Below, piece after piece: positions 34,301 through 44,113 of a stretch of DNA of 64,000 nucleotides. Both the position numbers and the translations under genes were made by a program. The stretch's first letter is position 1. Each line of letters begins with the position of its first letter. The DNA comes from Enterococcus sp. (GTDB lineage: Bacteria; Bacillota; Bacilli; Lactobacillales; Enterococcaceae). The notes under the pieces are model-generated. The model was given only the letters and a program-made list of their open reading frames with translations. It made no database searches and had not been told where the DNA came from. The DNA lies in NCBI GenBank assembly GCA_047975565.1, contig JBKEDT010000040.1:7316-71315 (forward strand). Reading direction: 5' to 3'.

Positions 34301-34900
34301 TCATGGAAATGAAACTGTTCCATTTGCCCAACTTGCTGGAATTACTTTCCGATAGTTCCCCCAGTTATCATGAATCTTGTAATAACGGCGCCCATCTTCT
34401 GCTTCTAAGTAGGCATAAGCAACAACCCAATGGTTTCCATAGGTGCTTCCTAACCAGCCTAAAACGCCGATCATCACTGGCTTTTTTTGCTTTAATCGTT
34501 TTGTTACACGTTCCCAAGAACCGAGTGCTGTCGTCCGTGTTCGTCTCTTGGAGGTAGAATTTGCTAAGAAACGGTTGATACCATGACTTACTTGAAGAGG
34601 GATCGTAGGCAGTCCAGCTGGCTGAATTTTGCATCTTAGTTGTGCAATCAGGCGTGCATTGCCTGCTGAATTTTTTTCTCTTATTTCTGACGAGAGAATT
34701 GTTTCGTCTATATGGTCTTGATAATAAGCAAGTAAAACCGCAGCCGCATACGTTCCACATAAATACCCATAAGGTGTTTTCCATTTACGATATGGTGCAA
34801 AAGATTCTTCATCTATGCCCACCCATTTTCCTTCAGGAACCTTCATTTCTTCCTTTTGCATCCACAACCTTCTCTCTTCCCAACTTTGTTCTTCTTTCAT
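34301..34900 (-). CDS. Papain-like/C39-type cysteine peptidase-like protein
   Basis: LCGTYAAA, YGNHWVVAYAY and IHDNWG give a Cys-His-Asp pattern; start uncertain. Confidence 0.6.
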   Translation of the reverse strand: MKEEQSWEERRLWMQKEEMKVPEGKWVGIDEESFAPYRKWKTPYGYLCGTYAAAVLLAYYQDHIDETILSSEIREKNSAGNARLIAQLRCKIQPAGLPTIPLQVSHGINRFLANSTSKRRTRTTALGSWERVTKRLKQKKPVMIGVLGWLGSTYGNHWVVAYAYLEAEDGRRYYKIHDNWGNYRKVIPASWANGTVSFP

Positions 34901-35121
34901 TCTCCATTATAAAGTAACCCTTTTCAAAAGAACAGACAAGTGTTTGTACTTCTTATGGAATAATTTAATTTATTACATTCCTCTACACATGAGTCATTAT
35001 GCCAGTCTAACTAAACGAAATGAGCACAAACCACGAATAGAAAATTACTCATATTTTTGCTATATCTGCTTTTTTGTATGATAATAAATGCACGTGACAA
35101 TGGATAAAGGAGTGATAATGA

Positions 35122-37029
35122 ATGGATAAAGCTTTACTAAAAGAAGATTTCTATGAATATGTCAATGGCGACTGGTTAAAAACAGCTAAAATTCCTGCGG
35201 ATAAACCTGCAACTGGTGGATTCCAAGATTTAGTGGATGAAATCGATAAACTGATGATGCGAGATGTTGATAAACTACGAAGTGGCGACATCCCATCAGA
35301 TGATCCCGCAATGAAAAGCTTTCTAGCTTACTATGATTTAGCTTCGAATTATGAACAACGTGACGCTTTAGGTGCGCAACCGTTAAAGCCTTATCTTGAT
35401 GAAATCAATGCGATTCATTCTTTAGAAGAACTAAATCAAGTGGCAGCCGCTTGGGTACTTGATGGCAACCCACTTCCATTTGGATTAGACGTTGATGCAG
35501 ATATGAAAAATGCGCAAACACATGCACTTTTTGCTGAAGCACCACGCCTATTTTTACCTGATAAAACATACTACGAGAAAGAACATCCAAATGGTGAACA
35601 GCTACTCAAAGTATTTTTTGAAATGATGGTCAAGTTATTCAAACTATCAGGCTACGAAACAAATCAAGCTACAGTTATTGTTGAAGAGGCAATTGCCTTT
35701 GACAAACTTCTCGCACCTCATGTAAAAAGTGCAGAAGAAAGTGCCGATTACAGCAAAATGTACAATCCTCGTTCACTAGAAGAATTCGCGAAATATAGTA
35801 CACATTTTGACTTAGAACAACTTGTCACTCAAGTTATCCAAGCAACACCAGATAAAGTAATCGTAACTGATCCAGTATACTTCTCTCATCTTGATGAAGT
35901 CTTGACTCCAACAAATTTTGCTATCATGAAAAGCTGGATGCTTGTGAAAACAGTTCGTTCATTCAGTGGCTATTTATCAGAAGAATTCCGCCAAACTGGT
36001 GGTATCTATTCACGTACTCTTTCAGGTACTGATGAAGCAATGCCACAAAAAAAGGCAGCTTATTATCTTGCTTCTGGTCAATTTAGCCAAATTCTAGGAA
36101 ATTATTATGGACACACATATTTTGGTGAAGAGGCAAAACAAGATGTTGAACACATGGTCGAAAAAATGATTGCTGTCTACCAAAAACGATTGCAATCAAA
36201 TACTTGGCTAAGTGATGCAACTCGAGAAAAAGCTATCACGAAGCTATCAAAATTAGGTATTCAGGTCGGATATCCTGACCATATCCCAGCAATTTATAAA
36301 CAATTAAAAACCGTACCTGCAAGTGAAGGCGGCACCTTGCTTTCAAATGCTGTATTGTTCAGTAAATTGTTCTTACATGACCGCTTCAGCAAATGGAACA
36401 AGCCAGTGGACCGTACCGAATGGGAAATGAGCGCGGACACCGTAAATGCTTATTATCATCCATTCAGAAACATTATTGTGTTCCCTGCTGCGATTCTACA
36501 AGCACCTTTTTATAGTTTAGAACAATCAAGTTCTGCTAACTTTGGGGGGATTGGTGCCGTAATCGCACATGAGATCTCACATGCGTTTGATAATAATGGT
36601 GCCTTGTTTGATGAATACGGAAATTTGAACAATTGGTGGACAGATGAAGACCTTGAGCAATTCCAAGAAAAAGCCAAAAAGATGATTGAAGAATTTGATG
36701 GTATTTCTTTTGCAGAAGGAAAAGTCAATGGTAAGCTTACTGTTTCTGAAAACATTGCAGATGCTGGCGGTTTAAGCTGTGCTTTAGAAGCTGCCAAACA
36801 AGAAGACGATGCTTCGTTATCTGAATTCTTTATCAACTGGGCAAAAATTTGGCGAACAAAGGCAAAACAAGAGTATCAACAATTACTCTTACAAGTAGAT
36901 GTCCATGCACCTGCAAAATTGCGTGCAAACATCCAACCAAAAAATCTTGAAGAATTTTATGAAACCTTTGCGATTACATCAGATGATCCAATGTATCTTG
37001 CGCCTGAAAAACGAGTGCATATCTGGTAG
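35122..37029 (+). CDS. pepO: M13 family neutral endopeptidase
   Basis: DFYEYVNG.W, VNAYY, HEISHAFD, ENIAD, DVHAP. Confidence 0.95.
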   Translation: MDKALLKEDFYEYVNGDWLKTAKIPADKPATGGFQDLVDEIDKLMMRDVDKLRSGDIPSDDPAMKSFLAYYDLASNYEQRDALGAQPLKPYLDEINAIHSLEELNQVAAAWVLDGNPLPFGLDVDADMKNAQTHALFAEAPRLFLPDKTYYEKEHPNGEQLLKVFFEMMVKLFKLSGYETNQATVIVEEAIAFDKLLAPHVKSAEESADYSKMYNPRSLEEFAKYSTHFDLEQLVTQVIQATPDKVIVTDPVYFSHLDEVLTPTNFAIMKSWMLVKTVRSFSGYLSEEFRQTGGIYSRTLSGTDEAMPQKKAAYYLASGQFSQILGNYYGHTYFGEEAKQDVEHMVEKMIAVYQKRLQSNTWLSDATREKAITKLSKLGIQVGYPDHIPAIYKQLKTVPASEGGTLLSNAVLFSKLFLHDRFSKWNKPVDRTEWEMSADTVNAYYHPFRNIIVFPAAILQAPFYSLEQSSSANFGGIGAVIAHEISHAFDNNGALFDEYGNLNNWWTDEDLEQFQEKAKKMIEEFDGISFAEGKVNGKLTVSENIADAGGLSCALEAAKQEDDASLSEFFINWAKIWRTKAKQEYQQLLLQVDVHAPAKLRANIQPKNLEEFYETFAITSDDPMYLAPEKRVHIW

Positions 37030-37039
37030 TAAAATTTCT

Positions 37040-37089
37040 CTACAAACAAAACACACACCAAAATCTGAAATGGATTTTGGTGTGTGTTT
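37040..37089 (+). repeat. 50-bp direct repeat, left copy (terminator hairpin)
   Basis: CTACAAACAAAACACACACCAAAATCTGAAATGGATTTTGGTGTGTGTTT, identical to 39567-39616. Confidence 0.95.
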
Positions 37090-37120
37090 TTATCTAGATA
37101 TACTAAAAACAAATACTTAC

Positions 37121-37795
37121 TTACGTATTCGACACATGGTATCTTGTACCGTTAATCGGATTATAAGCATAAAAAGTCGAATATGCATCAATACCTACTG
37201 GATAATCACCCGGTGCGATGGCTGTTCCAATTTTTACACCCGACTCATATGTATTCCATGCTTGCCAATCATAGCCAACAATCCCGCTACCACCAGTAAC
37301 ACTCCATTTCAAATTAGGTCCTGGGGAATTTACCGCCTTAAATCGGTATCCTGCAAAACGCCAACCATTCCCAGTAAATGAACTAGAAGTATATGCAGCA
37401 CCTAGCCCTAATTCCCTTACCGTATTTGATGGTGACGTACCTCTTGGATTTTTTATATTTTGTAAAAGGCTTTCATTTTGTCTATAATTTTCTTTATCTC
37501 TTTTTAATATCTCACGAGCTTCTGATACAGTCACTGCTGATGAATCTGTTTCACTATTATATTGAGCAACAACTTGAGTTAAATCAGTCAGCGAGTATTC
37601 TTTGAGTTCCCCGTGTATGTAGCTTCCATCTGGTAAAAATAAAATTGAATCTGACTCTTTCAATCCCAAAAAATCGTCATTTTCTTCTGATAAACTAACA
37701 TTCCCAATCGTATCTGCATAAGCATTCGTATTGACCATCAAACCTACTCCGGATAACATAACTGTAGTGACCAAAAAAGCACTTAAATTTTTCAT
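37121..37795 (-). CDS. Secreted hypothetical protein
   Basis: Sec signal peptide ending AYA-D; RBS AGGAGG; acidic N-half, Gly/aromatic-rich C-half. Confidence 0.82.
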   Translation of the reverse strand: MKNLSAFLVTTVMLSGVGLMVNTNAYADTIGNVSLSEENDDFLGLKESDSILFLPDGSYIHGELKEYSLTDLTQVVAQYNSETDSSAVTVSEAREILKRDKENYRQNESLLQNIKNPRGTSPSNTVRELGLGAAYTSSSFTGNGWRFAGYRFKAVNSPGPNLKWSVTGGSGIVGYDWQAWNTYESGVKIGTAIAPGDYPVGIDAYSTFYAYNPINGTRYHVSNT

Positions 37796-37949
37796 GCTAC
37801 TTCCTCCTTTAAAATAATTTTTTTCTTAATTAGTACACTTATAAGTATACTCTATTACAGAATAATCCACCAAAACATCGTTATTTAAAACAGATACACG
37901 CTTTTAGATAAAAAAATCCGATGAAAAACAACGTTATTTATCTTTTAAG

Positions 37950-37978
37950 GGAACTTTTTTGCTGTTTTATTACTCTAA
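37950..37978 (+). promoter_or_regulatory. Putative ECF-type promoter of the sigma/anti-sigma pair
   Basis: GGAACTT-N17-TCTAA, about 36 bp upstream of the sigma start. Confidence 0.5.
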
Positions 37979-38014
37979 TGAATGAACAGAAAATAAGAAA
38001 GGCGGAAAGTTAGT

Positions 38015-38539
38015 GTGTTAAATTATTTATTTTTAGTAAAGAAAGCACAGGCTGGTGATAACGATTCTTTTATAAAATTAGTTAAGAAGTATGAATTAGT
38101 TTTGTATAAATTGAGTTTTCGCTATCTACAAAATGAACATGACGTTGAAGATGCTCTCCAAGAAACTATTTTGATTGCCTTCAAAGAAATAAAAAATTTA
38201 AAAAAAGCGCAATACTTTAATACATGGATTACCAAAATATTGATCAATCAATGTAGAAAAATATTAACGAATCGAAAATTTACTTATCTAGATAAACTAG
38301 AAGAAATGCCCCAATTAGAATTGAAGGACACGTTCTCTTATACGTTCAACGAAATACTTCCAAAAATTGACATGATTTATAGAGAACCAATTATCCTCCA
38401 TTATTATGTAGGATTTTCTTATGAAGAGATAAGCAAATTACTCGATTTGCCTTTGGGTACAGTGAAATCAAGAATTTCACGAGGAAAAAATATTTTGAAA
38501 ATAGAATATATTTCACTGGAGGAAAGTTTAAATGAATAG
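38015..38539 (+). CDS. ECF RNA polymerase sigma factor
   Basis: VKKAQAGD, DVEDALQET, FNTWITKILINQC, SYEEIS.LL.LP.GTVKSRISRG. Confidence 0.92.
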   Translation: MLNYLFLVKKAQAGDNDSFIKLVKKYELVLYKLSFRYLQNEHDVEDALQETILIAFKEIKNLKKAQYFNTWITKILINQCRKILTNRKFTYLDKLEEMPQLELKDTFSYTFNEILPKIDMIYREPIILHYYVGFSYEEISKLLDLPLGTVKSRISRGKNILKIEYISLEESLNE

Positions 38540-39566
38540 ATTCGAGAATCAATTAAAACAATTGTCAAAAGAAAAAATTATAATTCCCAGAACTATTCGA
38601 AAGTGCTTGGATGATACATATTTACAAATCAGTAAAAAAGAAAATAAACATAAATCGCTAAATAGCATATTTATAAAAAGTGGACTACTAATTCTTTCTT
38701 CATTGTTTCTCATCACTCTAACTCCGATTGGACAGACACTCTCTAATTATTTACAATTCTATCAGTTTCATTCAAATACTTTAAAAAAAGGGCAATTTGT
38801 TTCTTCACAAAAAAATCAAGCAATAGCCAGTAATACAAAAATAAAAATTGAAGAAGTCTACAGTGACCAAAAGCAACTTGGGATTCACTTTTCAGTTGTA
38901 TTTCCCAGTACTTCTAAATTACTCAATGATGAGCTTACTGATTACCAACTAGGCTTTACACTTAAAGAAAAAAATAAAACTATTTTCTCCAACTTAAATA
39001 GAGATCAAACAACTTATTCGAATACGTTGTTTGAAATATACACTACAAATCAACAGTTTGATCCTACTACTAAGACCTTAGACATCACATATTTTTTAAC
39101 CTCTTATGATAACGAAATCCCTTCATTCACCGACTTAAACTTAGTTGTTCAGGATATCAATGGATGGAAAAAAAGTGATTCAAGCCCTGGACTTCATACT
39201 ACAACTATCAACCAACACCTGACTGATACATGGAAATTAGCTATTGATAGTAATAAAATAAAAAAATTCTCTCCGTTATCATTTATTGGAACATTAAATC
39301 ATCCTTCTCAGCAATTAAATGCTCTTGCCTACCCAACTATGTTCGTCATAAAAAATATTCCAATTGAAGTAGCAAAAAATACTACGGACACCTACCTATT
39401 AGGGGTGGTAAATGGTAAAAAAGAAAGATATAAATTACGTTATAGCTCTCTGAATGGTAAAAAAGTGGAATGGACTTTTGATTACAATGGATACGACCAA
39501 TTAGATAGCCTTTACTTAGAAGTGGATGGAAAGGTCCTATCAACCATAACTAAAAAAGAAAAATAA
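38532..39566 (+). CDS. Putative anti-sigma factor (single TM, DUF4179-like)
   Basis: Overlaps the sigma stop; short cytoplasmic N-terminus, one TM, large extracellular domain. Confidence 0.75.
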   Translation: MNRFENQLKQLSKEKIIIPRTIRKCLDDTYLQISKKENKHKSLNSIFIKSGLLILSSLFLITLTPIGQTLSNYLQFYQFHSNTLKKGQFVSSQKNQAIASNTKIKIEEVYSDQKQLGIHFSVVFPSTSKLLNDELTDYQLGFTLKEKNKTIFSNLNRDQTTYSNTLFEIYTTNQQFDPTTKTLDITYFLTSYDNEIPSFTDLNLVVQDINGWKKSDSSPGLHTTTINQHLTDTWKLAIDSNKIKKFSPLSFIGTLNHPSQQLNALAYPTMFVIKNIPIEVAKNTTDTYLLGVVNGKKERYKLRYSSLNGKKVEWTFDYNGYDQLDSLYLEVDGKVLSTITKKEK

Positions 39567-39616
39567 CTACAAACAAAACACACACCAAAATCTGAAATGG
39601 ATTTTGGTGTGTGTTT
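39567..39616 (+). repeat. 50-bp direct repeat, right copy (terminator hairpin)
   Basis: Identical to 37040-37089; starts immediately after the anti-sigma stop codon. Confidence 0.95.
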
Positions 39617-39630
39617 ATTTTTACTAGAGA

Positions 39631-40176
39631 TTATTGAATTTTTGCACCTAATGTATTTTCAAAATGACGTAGCGCCCACTCATGTCCTACTGGATCAAAG
39701 CTAGCCACTGCATCCTTGATAACAGTTATCTTATACCCCAAGTTATATGCATCAACAGCCGTGTGCAACACACATATATCTGTGCAAACGCCGGTTAAAT
39801 AGATTTCTGTTATTCCTCGTTCACGCAATCGGATATCTAAATCTGTACCACTAAATGCAGAATAATGTCTTTTATCTATCCAATAAACCGTTGTTTTTTC
39901 TTTATTTTGTTCATAGACATCCTCTAACTCACCATAGAGTGTACGCCCGTCTGTACCAATCAAGTTATGTGGTGGAAACAAACGATTTTCTGGATGGTAG
40001 TGATCCTCTTCTTCATGTGCATCAATTGCAAATACGACATAATCACCTGCAGCGATAAATTTCTTTGTCTCCTCAACTAGCGTAGCTTCGATTGCTTGTC
40101 CGGCTTGACCAGTTGTTAATTTTCCCTTTGTTGCGACAAAATCATTGGTATAATCAATCGATAGTAATGCTTTCAT
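39631..40176 (-). CDS. Isochorismatase-family cysteine hydrolase (nicotinamidase-like)
   Basis: LLSIDYTNDF, FPPHN, KRHYSAF.GT.L, GVCTDICV. Confidence 0.88.
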   Translation of the reverse strand: MKALLSIDYTNDFVATKGKLTTGQAGQAIEATLVEETKKFIAAGDYVVFAIDAHEEEDHYHPENRLFPPHNLIGTDGRTLYGELEDVYEQNKEKTTVYWIDKRHYSAFSGTDLDIRLRERGITEIYLTGVCTDICVLHTAVDAYNLGYKITVIKDAVASFDPVGHEWALRHFENTLGAKIQ

Positions 40177-40198
40177 AGACGAAAATCACTCCTTTTAT

Positions 40199-40891
40199 TT
40201 AAACAAGACGTTCAACGAATTCAATCACCATTTGTGCAGAACGTTTGCCTGCATCTTCAATAAAGTCATCAAAGCTTTGTGTTGCTGCATGATCCGCAGT
40301 ATCACTCATTGCACGGACAATTAAAAATGGAATATTGAACTGACGCGCAGTTTGGGCAATGGATGCACCTTCCATTTCGCAAGCTAGTGCATCTGGGAAA
40401 ATAGATAGAATGTGTTGCACTTCTTCTGGTGAATCTACAAAGGTATCTCCTGTTACGATCAGTCCTTCTTTGACATTCAAATCCGTTGCTTCAGCAGCTT
40501 TTTTCATTTCACTACGCAAATAGGTACTTGCTTCATAATAAAGAGGCATTGCTGGCAATTGTCCTGGTTGATAGCCAAATCCTGTTACATCCACATCAAA
40601 ATAAGCAACTTTATCTGAAATCACTACATCGCCTACTTGTAGTCCTGCGCCGATTCCGCCTGCAGAACCTGTATTGATGACCATATTTACTCCATATTGT
40701 TGGATCAATAAGCTTGTAGTAATCGATGAAAGAACTTTACCGATTCCTGAACGAACAACAATAACTTCATGACGGCCTAATGAACCTGAAATAAATAATG
40801 CGCCTGCGCGTTCCCATGACAAAGGTTCTTCAAGTTTATCTCTTAAAATTTTTACTTCTTCTTCCATTGCTCCAATAATTCCGATTTTCAT
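40199..40891 (-). CDS. mtnN: 5'-methylthioadenosine/S-adenosylhomocysteine nucleosidase
   Basis: IGIIGAMEEE, SGIGKV, NTGSAGG, EMEGA, RAMSD. Confidence 0.95.
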   Translation of the reverse strand: MKIGIIGAMEEEVKILRDKLEEPLSWERAGALFISGSLGRHEVIVVRSGIGKVLSSITTSLLIQQYGVNMVINTGSAGGIGAGLQVGDVVISDKVAYFDVDVTGFGYQPGQLPAMPLYYEASTYLRSEMKKAAEATDLNVKEGLIVTGDTFVDSPEEVQHILSIFPDALACEMEGASIAQTARQFNIPFLIVRAMSDTADHAATQSFDDFIEDAGKRSAQMVIEFVERLV

Positions 40892-40903
40892 TTTCCTATC
40901 TCC

Positions 40904-41236
40904 TTAGATAAACGCAATTGCAAGGAACACGATGATCAAAAGAACAATTACAACTGCCATCGACTTCATCAAGAATTGATTCCATCGATTTTGTTTGCTT
41001 CGTTCACTTGTGCGTGTCTTCGTAACTGGTTGTTTTGTTTTTGTTTTTTTACGGTAAAAATTATCTTCTTGTTTTTCCTTTACCGATGATTTTTTTTGTT
41101 GCTTTACCGGCTGTTTTTCCTGAGCTTTATGTGTTTCCTGAGGCGTTCTTTTTTTTGCCACAGCACTTTTTCTCATTTTTGTTGCGCTTTGTTTCTTACG
41201 TAACTCGGTGCGCGTGACTAATGGCTTTTTTGCCAT
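40904..41236 (-). CDS. Basic tail-anchored membrane protein (MacP-like by synteny)
   Basis: KPLVTR N-terminus, Lys-rich body, C-terminal TM; between NUDIX and mtnN. Confidence 0.65.
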   Translation of the reverse strand: MAKKPLVTRTELRKKQSATKMRKSAVAKKRTPQETHKAQEKQPVKQQKKSSVKEKQEDNFYRKKTKTKQPVTKTRTSERSKQNRWNQFLMKSMAVVIVLLIIVFLAIAFI

Positions 41237-41245
41237 ATCGATCCC

Positions 41246-41809
41246 TCAACTTTCACTTAATAATAGCTCCCAATAAAGAATAGCATAAAGTGTCTTCGCA
41301 TCACAGATTTCACCAGCAGCTACCGCTTGCTTCGCTTCATCTAGTGTAAAAGCATACAATTCTAATACTTCATCTTCATCTTGAGCTAATGGATTCTCCA
41401 CTTTTGTGATTTCGTTTGCGTGATAGATATGCAATTGTTCATTCGCAAATCCTGGTGAAAGATACATTGTAGTAACGTGCGTCAACGAAGAAGCTCGGTA
41501 CCCTGTCTCTTCTTCTAGTTCCCGTAATGCTGTCTTTTCCGGTGCTTCACCTGGATCAATTTTCCCTGCTGGGATTTCTAAAATGACTTTCTCTAAAGGC
41601 TTGCGGAATTGTTTTACAAGAAGCAGTCGTCCCTGAGCATCAAATGCGATAATACCCACACCACCTGGGTGAAAGACAAGTTCACGTTGTGCGGTTTGTC
41701 CATCAGGCAACTGGACATCATCTAGAACAACATCAATGATCTTTCCTTTAAATAATTCTTTGCGCTGGATTGTTTTTTCTTCAAACTGTTCATAACTTAG
41801 CATTCTCAT
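41246..41809 (-). CDS. nudF: ADP-ribose pyrophosphatase (NUDIX)
   Basis: RELVFHPGGV, EIPAGKID.GE....A.RELEEETG, SPGF, QDEDE, DAKT; start 41809 or 41803 uncertain. Confidence 0.88.
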   Translation of the reverse strand: MRMLSYEQFEEKTIQRKELFKGKIIDVVLDDVQLPDGQTAQRELVFHPGGVGIIAFDAQGRLLLVKQFRKPLEKVILEIPAGKIDPGEAPEKTALRELEEETGYRASSLTHVTTMYLSPGFANEQLHIYHANEITKVENPLAQDEDEVLELYAFTLDEAKQAVAAGEICDAKTLYAILYWELLLSES

Positions 41810-41970
41810 CACCAAACTTTCTACATAATAATAACTTTTCTATCCTATTTTTTCAATTTTACCTAGTCGGATTCCTACTAAGTGTACCATAATTTCTTGG
41901 TAAATCAGGAGCAACAATAGACAGACTGCTTTATTTTTAGTGCTTCATTAATTTTTTTTAAATAAAAAAA

Positions 41971-41986
41971 TCCATCTATAGTCCTA
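41971..41986 (+). promoter_or_regulatory. Putative LiaR box upstream of xpaC-telA
   Basis: TCCATCTATAGTCCTA fits T-N4-C-N4-G-N4-A; extended -10 TGaTAAACT at 42008-42016. Confidence 0.4.
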
Positions 41987-42074
41987 TACTCTTTCTTAGG
42001 GTACCTATGATAAACTAAGGGTATAAAGAAATAGATGAATCTCATTTATTGCTAAGACTATTTACCAAGGAGGG

Positions 42075-42758
42075 TTGATGATGAGAAGACGTAATCTGAT
42101 CATTCTTATCTTGTTTCTTTTAATTGTGTATTTAGGTGTATTGTCTGACGGCACAGATGGTTTTGTCACCAGTTTATTTTTTGCTTTTGTCGTGTTACTC
42201 ATTGGTTTTGGCGTTCGGTTTTTCACACACAAAAAGAAAAAAGACGTTGTACCTACTTTAACCAAACACATGGAAGAACATTATGAAGAATCTGGAATGA
42301 CCAACCGAGAAATTGAGATGTTTCGTAGTACCATGAACCAAACCAAGCAAGAAATCAATCAACTACAAAAAAACATGCAGGCTGTAGCAAAACTAAAATC
42401 TATTGATTTACGCTATGATACAGTAAAAGTATCCAAGGCTCTTTTCAAAGAACTCGTAAAAGATCCTCAGAAATTACATCTAGCAGGTCATTTTCTTTAT
42501 ACCCATCTGCCTAATCTTGTTGATTTAACAGATAAATATATCGAAATTGCCAATCATGAAATCAAAACAAAAGAAACATACAGTAAGTTAGAAGAAAGTA
42601 GCCAAATCATCGAGAAATTAGCACAATTGATTGCAACTGATTATCAACAGTTTGTGCAAGATGACTTAACAGACATCGATGTAGAGATTTCCATTGCCAA
42701 ACAAAGCTTAAAACGAGATAATGAAACAAATACGGATCATCATCCAGATGAATACTGA
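42075..42758 (+). CDS. xpaC: XpaC family protein
   Basis: Two N-terminal TMs, FLYTHLPNLVDL..KY; directly upstream of telA. Confidence 0.8.
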   Translation: MMMRRRNLIILILFLLIVYLGVLSDGTDGFVTSLFFAFVVLLIGFGVRFFTHKKKKDVVPTLTKHMEEHYEESGMTNREIEMFRSTMNQTKQEINQLQKNMQAVAKLKSIDLRYDTVKVSKALFKELVKDPQKLHLAGHFLYTHLPNLVDLTDKYIEIANHEIKTKETYSKLEESSQIIEKLAQLIATDYQQFVQDDLTDIDVEISIAKQSLKRDNETNTDHHPDEY

Positions 42759-42841
42759 TTTGTTTTACTTCGTGAGACAGACTGAATGTATCCATCGTTC
42801 GCTCTGTCTCCATTTTTCTATCATCTAAAGGAGGAGTATCA

Positions 42842-44053
42842 ATGGATAACCAAGAACCTAAAGAAACAAAAGACATCACACCTGTTCACTCGACGTTAGA
42901 AGATTTATTAAGTAATCCTTTTTCTACCCCTGTCGATGAATTGACAGCCACACAAGAAAATGAAATCAACGCACTCAAAGAGCAGCAAGTCGCTACTCGT
43001 TTGATTGATAAATTACCTACTGAACGTCAACAACAAGCAAAAGAATTAGCTGAAAAAATCGATACTCAGGATGCCCAAGCAGTCATTAGCTATGGATCAG
43101 CCGCACAAACAAAACTAAGTGAGTTCTCTCAATCTATGCTAAATCATGTACAAGCACAAGATATTGGCCCAGTTGGGGACTCATTAACAGAGTTGATGTA
43201 TCGCCTTCAAGAAGCCAACCCAGACGAACTTCGTGCAGGTGATGGGAACCTCTTCCAGCGCGTCTTCGGTAAAGTAAAACAATCGATTTATGAAGTGACC
43301 GCTAAATACCAAAAAATTGGCGCTCAAATTGATAAAATCGCTATTAAATTAGACAAAGAAAAAGATGGACTACTAAAAGATAATTTAATGCTTGAGCAGC
43401 TTTACCAAAAAAACAAAGATTATTTTGATGCGTTAAATATCTATATTGCAGCTGGCGAATTGAAAATGGAAGAGTTACAACAAAAGACAATTCCTGAAGC
43501 AATGAAACATGCGGAAGAAACAGGTGATCAAATGGACGTTCAGATTGCGAATGATTATACGCAATTTCTTGATCGTCTAGACAAGCGGACGCATGATTTA
43601 CGTTTAACACGTCAAATCACGATTCAGCAAGCACCACAAATCCGTTTGATCCAAAATACGAACCAAGCACTTGCAGAAAAAATCCAATCTTCTGTTACAA
43701 CTGCTATTCCTTTATGGAAAAACCAAGTCGTTATCGCATTGACCCTACTTCGTCAAAAAGATGCTGTTACTGCTCAACGACAAGTTTCTGAAACAACAAA
43801 TGATCTTTTGAAGAAAAACTCGGAAATGTTAAAAATCTCAGCAATTGAAACCGCGAAAGAAAACGAACGTGGAATCGTTGATATCGAAACATTACAAAAA
43901 ACACAAAATGACTTGATCGAAACGATTCAAGAAACTTTACGCATCCAGCAAGAAGGAAAAGACAAACGTCGTCATGCGGAAGTTGAACTGAACACTATGG
44001 AAGAAGAACTAAAACAAAAACTCTTACAATTAACTGCTAAAGATAAAGAATAA
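42842..44053 (+). CDS. telA: TelA/YaaN toxic anion resistance protein
   Basis: [31 protein letters not shown]. Confidence 0.9.
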   Translation: MDNQEPKETKDITPVHSTLEDLLSNPFSTPVDELTATQENEINALKEQQVATRLIDKLPTERQQQAKELAEKIDTQDAQAVISYGSAAQTKLSEFSQSMLNHVQAQDIGPVGDSLTELMYRLQEANPDELRAGDGNLFQRVFGKVKQSIYEVTAKYQKIGAQIDKIAIKLDKEKDGLLKDNLMLEQLYQKNKDYFDALNIYIAAGELKMEELQQKTIPEAMKHAEETGDQMDVQIANDYTQFLDRLDKRTHDLRLTRQITIQQAPQIRLIQNTNQALAEKIQSSVTTAIPLWKNQVVIALTLLRQKDAVTAQRQVSETTNDLLKKNSEMLKISAIETAKENERGIVDIETLQKTQNDLIETIQETLRIQQEGKDKRRHAEVELNTMEEELKQKLLQLTAKDKE

Positions 44054-44113
44054 ACAAAAAAATCACCGCGCCATAAGGCACGGTGATTTTTTATACTATT
44101 TCAGTCTTACAAA

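Noticed and set aside
37040..39616. Prophage or ICE attL/attR sites
   Set aside because: No integrase, no tRNA target and no phage or conjugation genes; kept only as a repeat-flanked islet.
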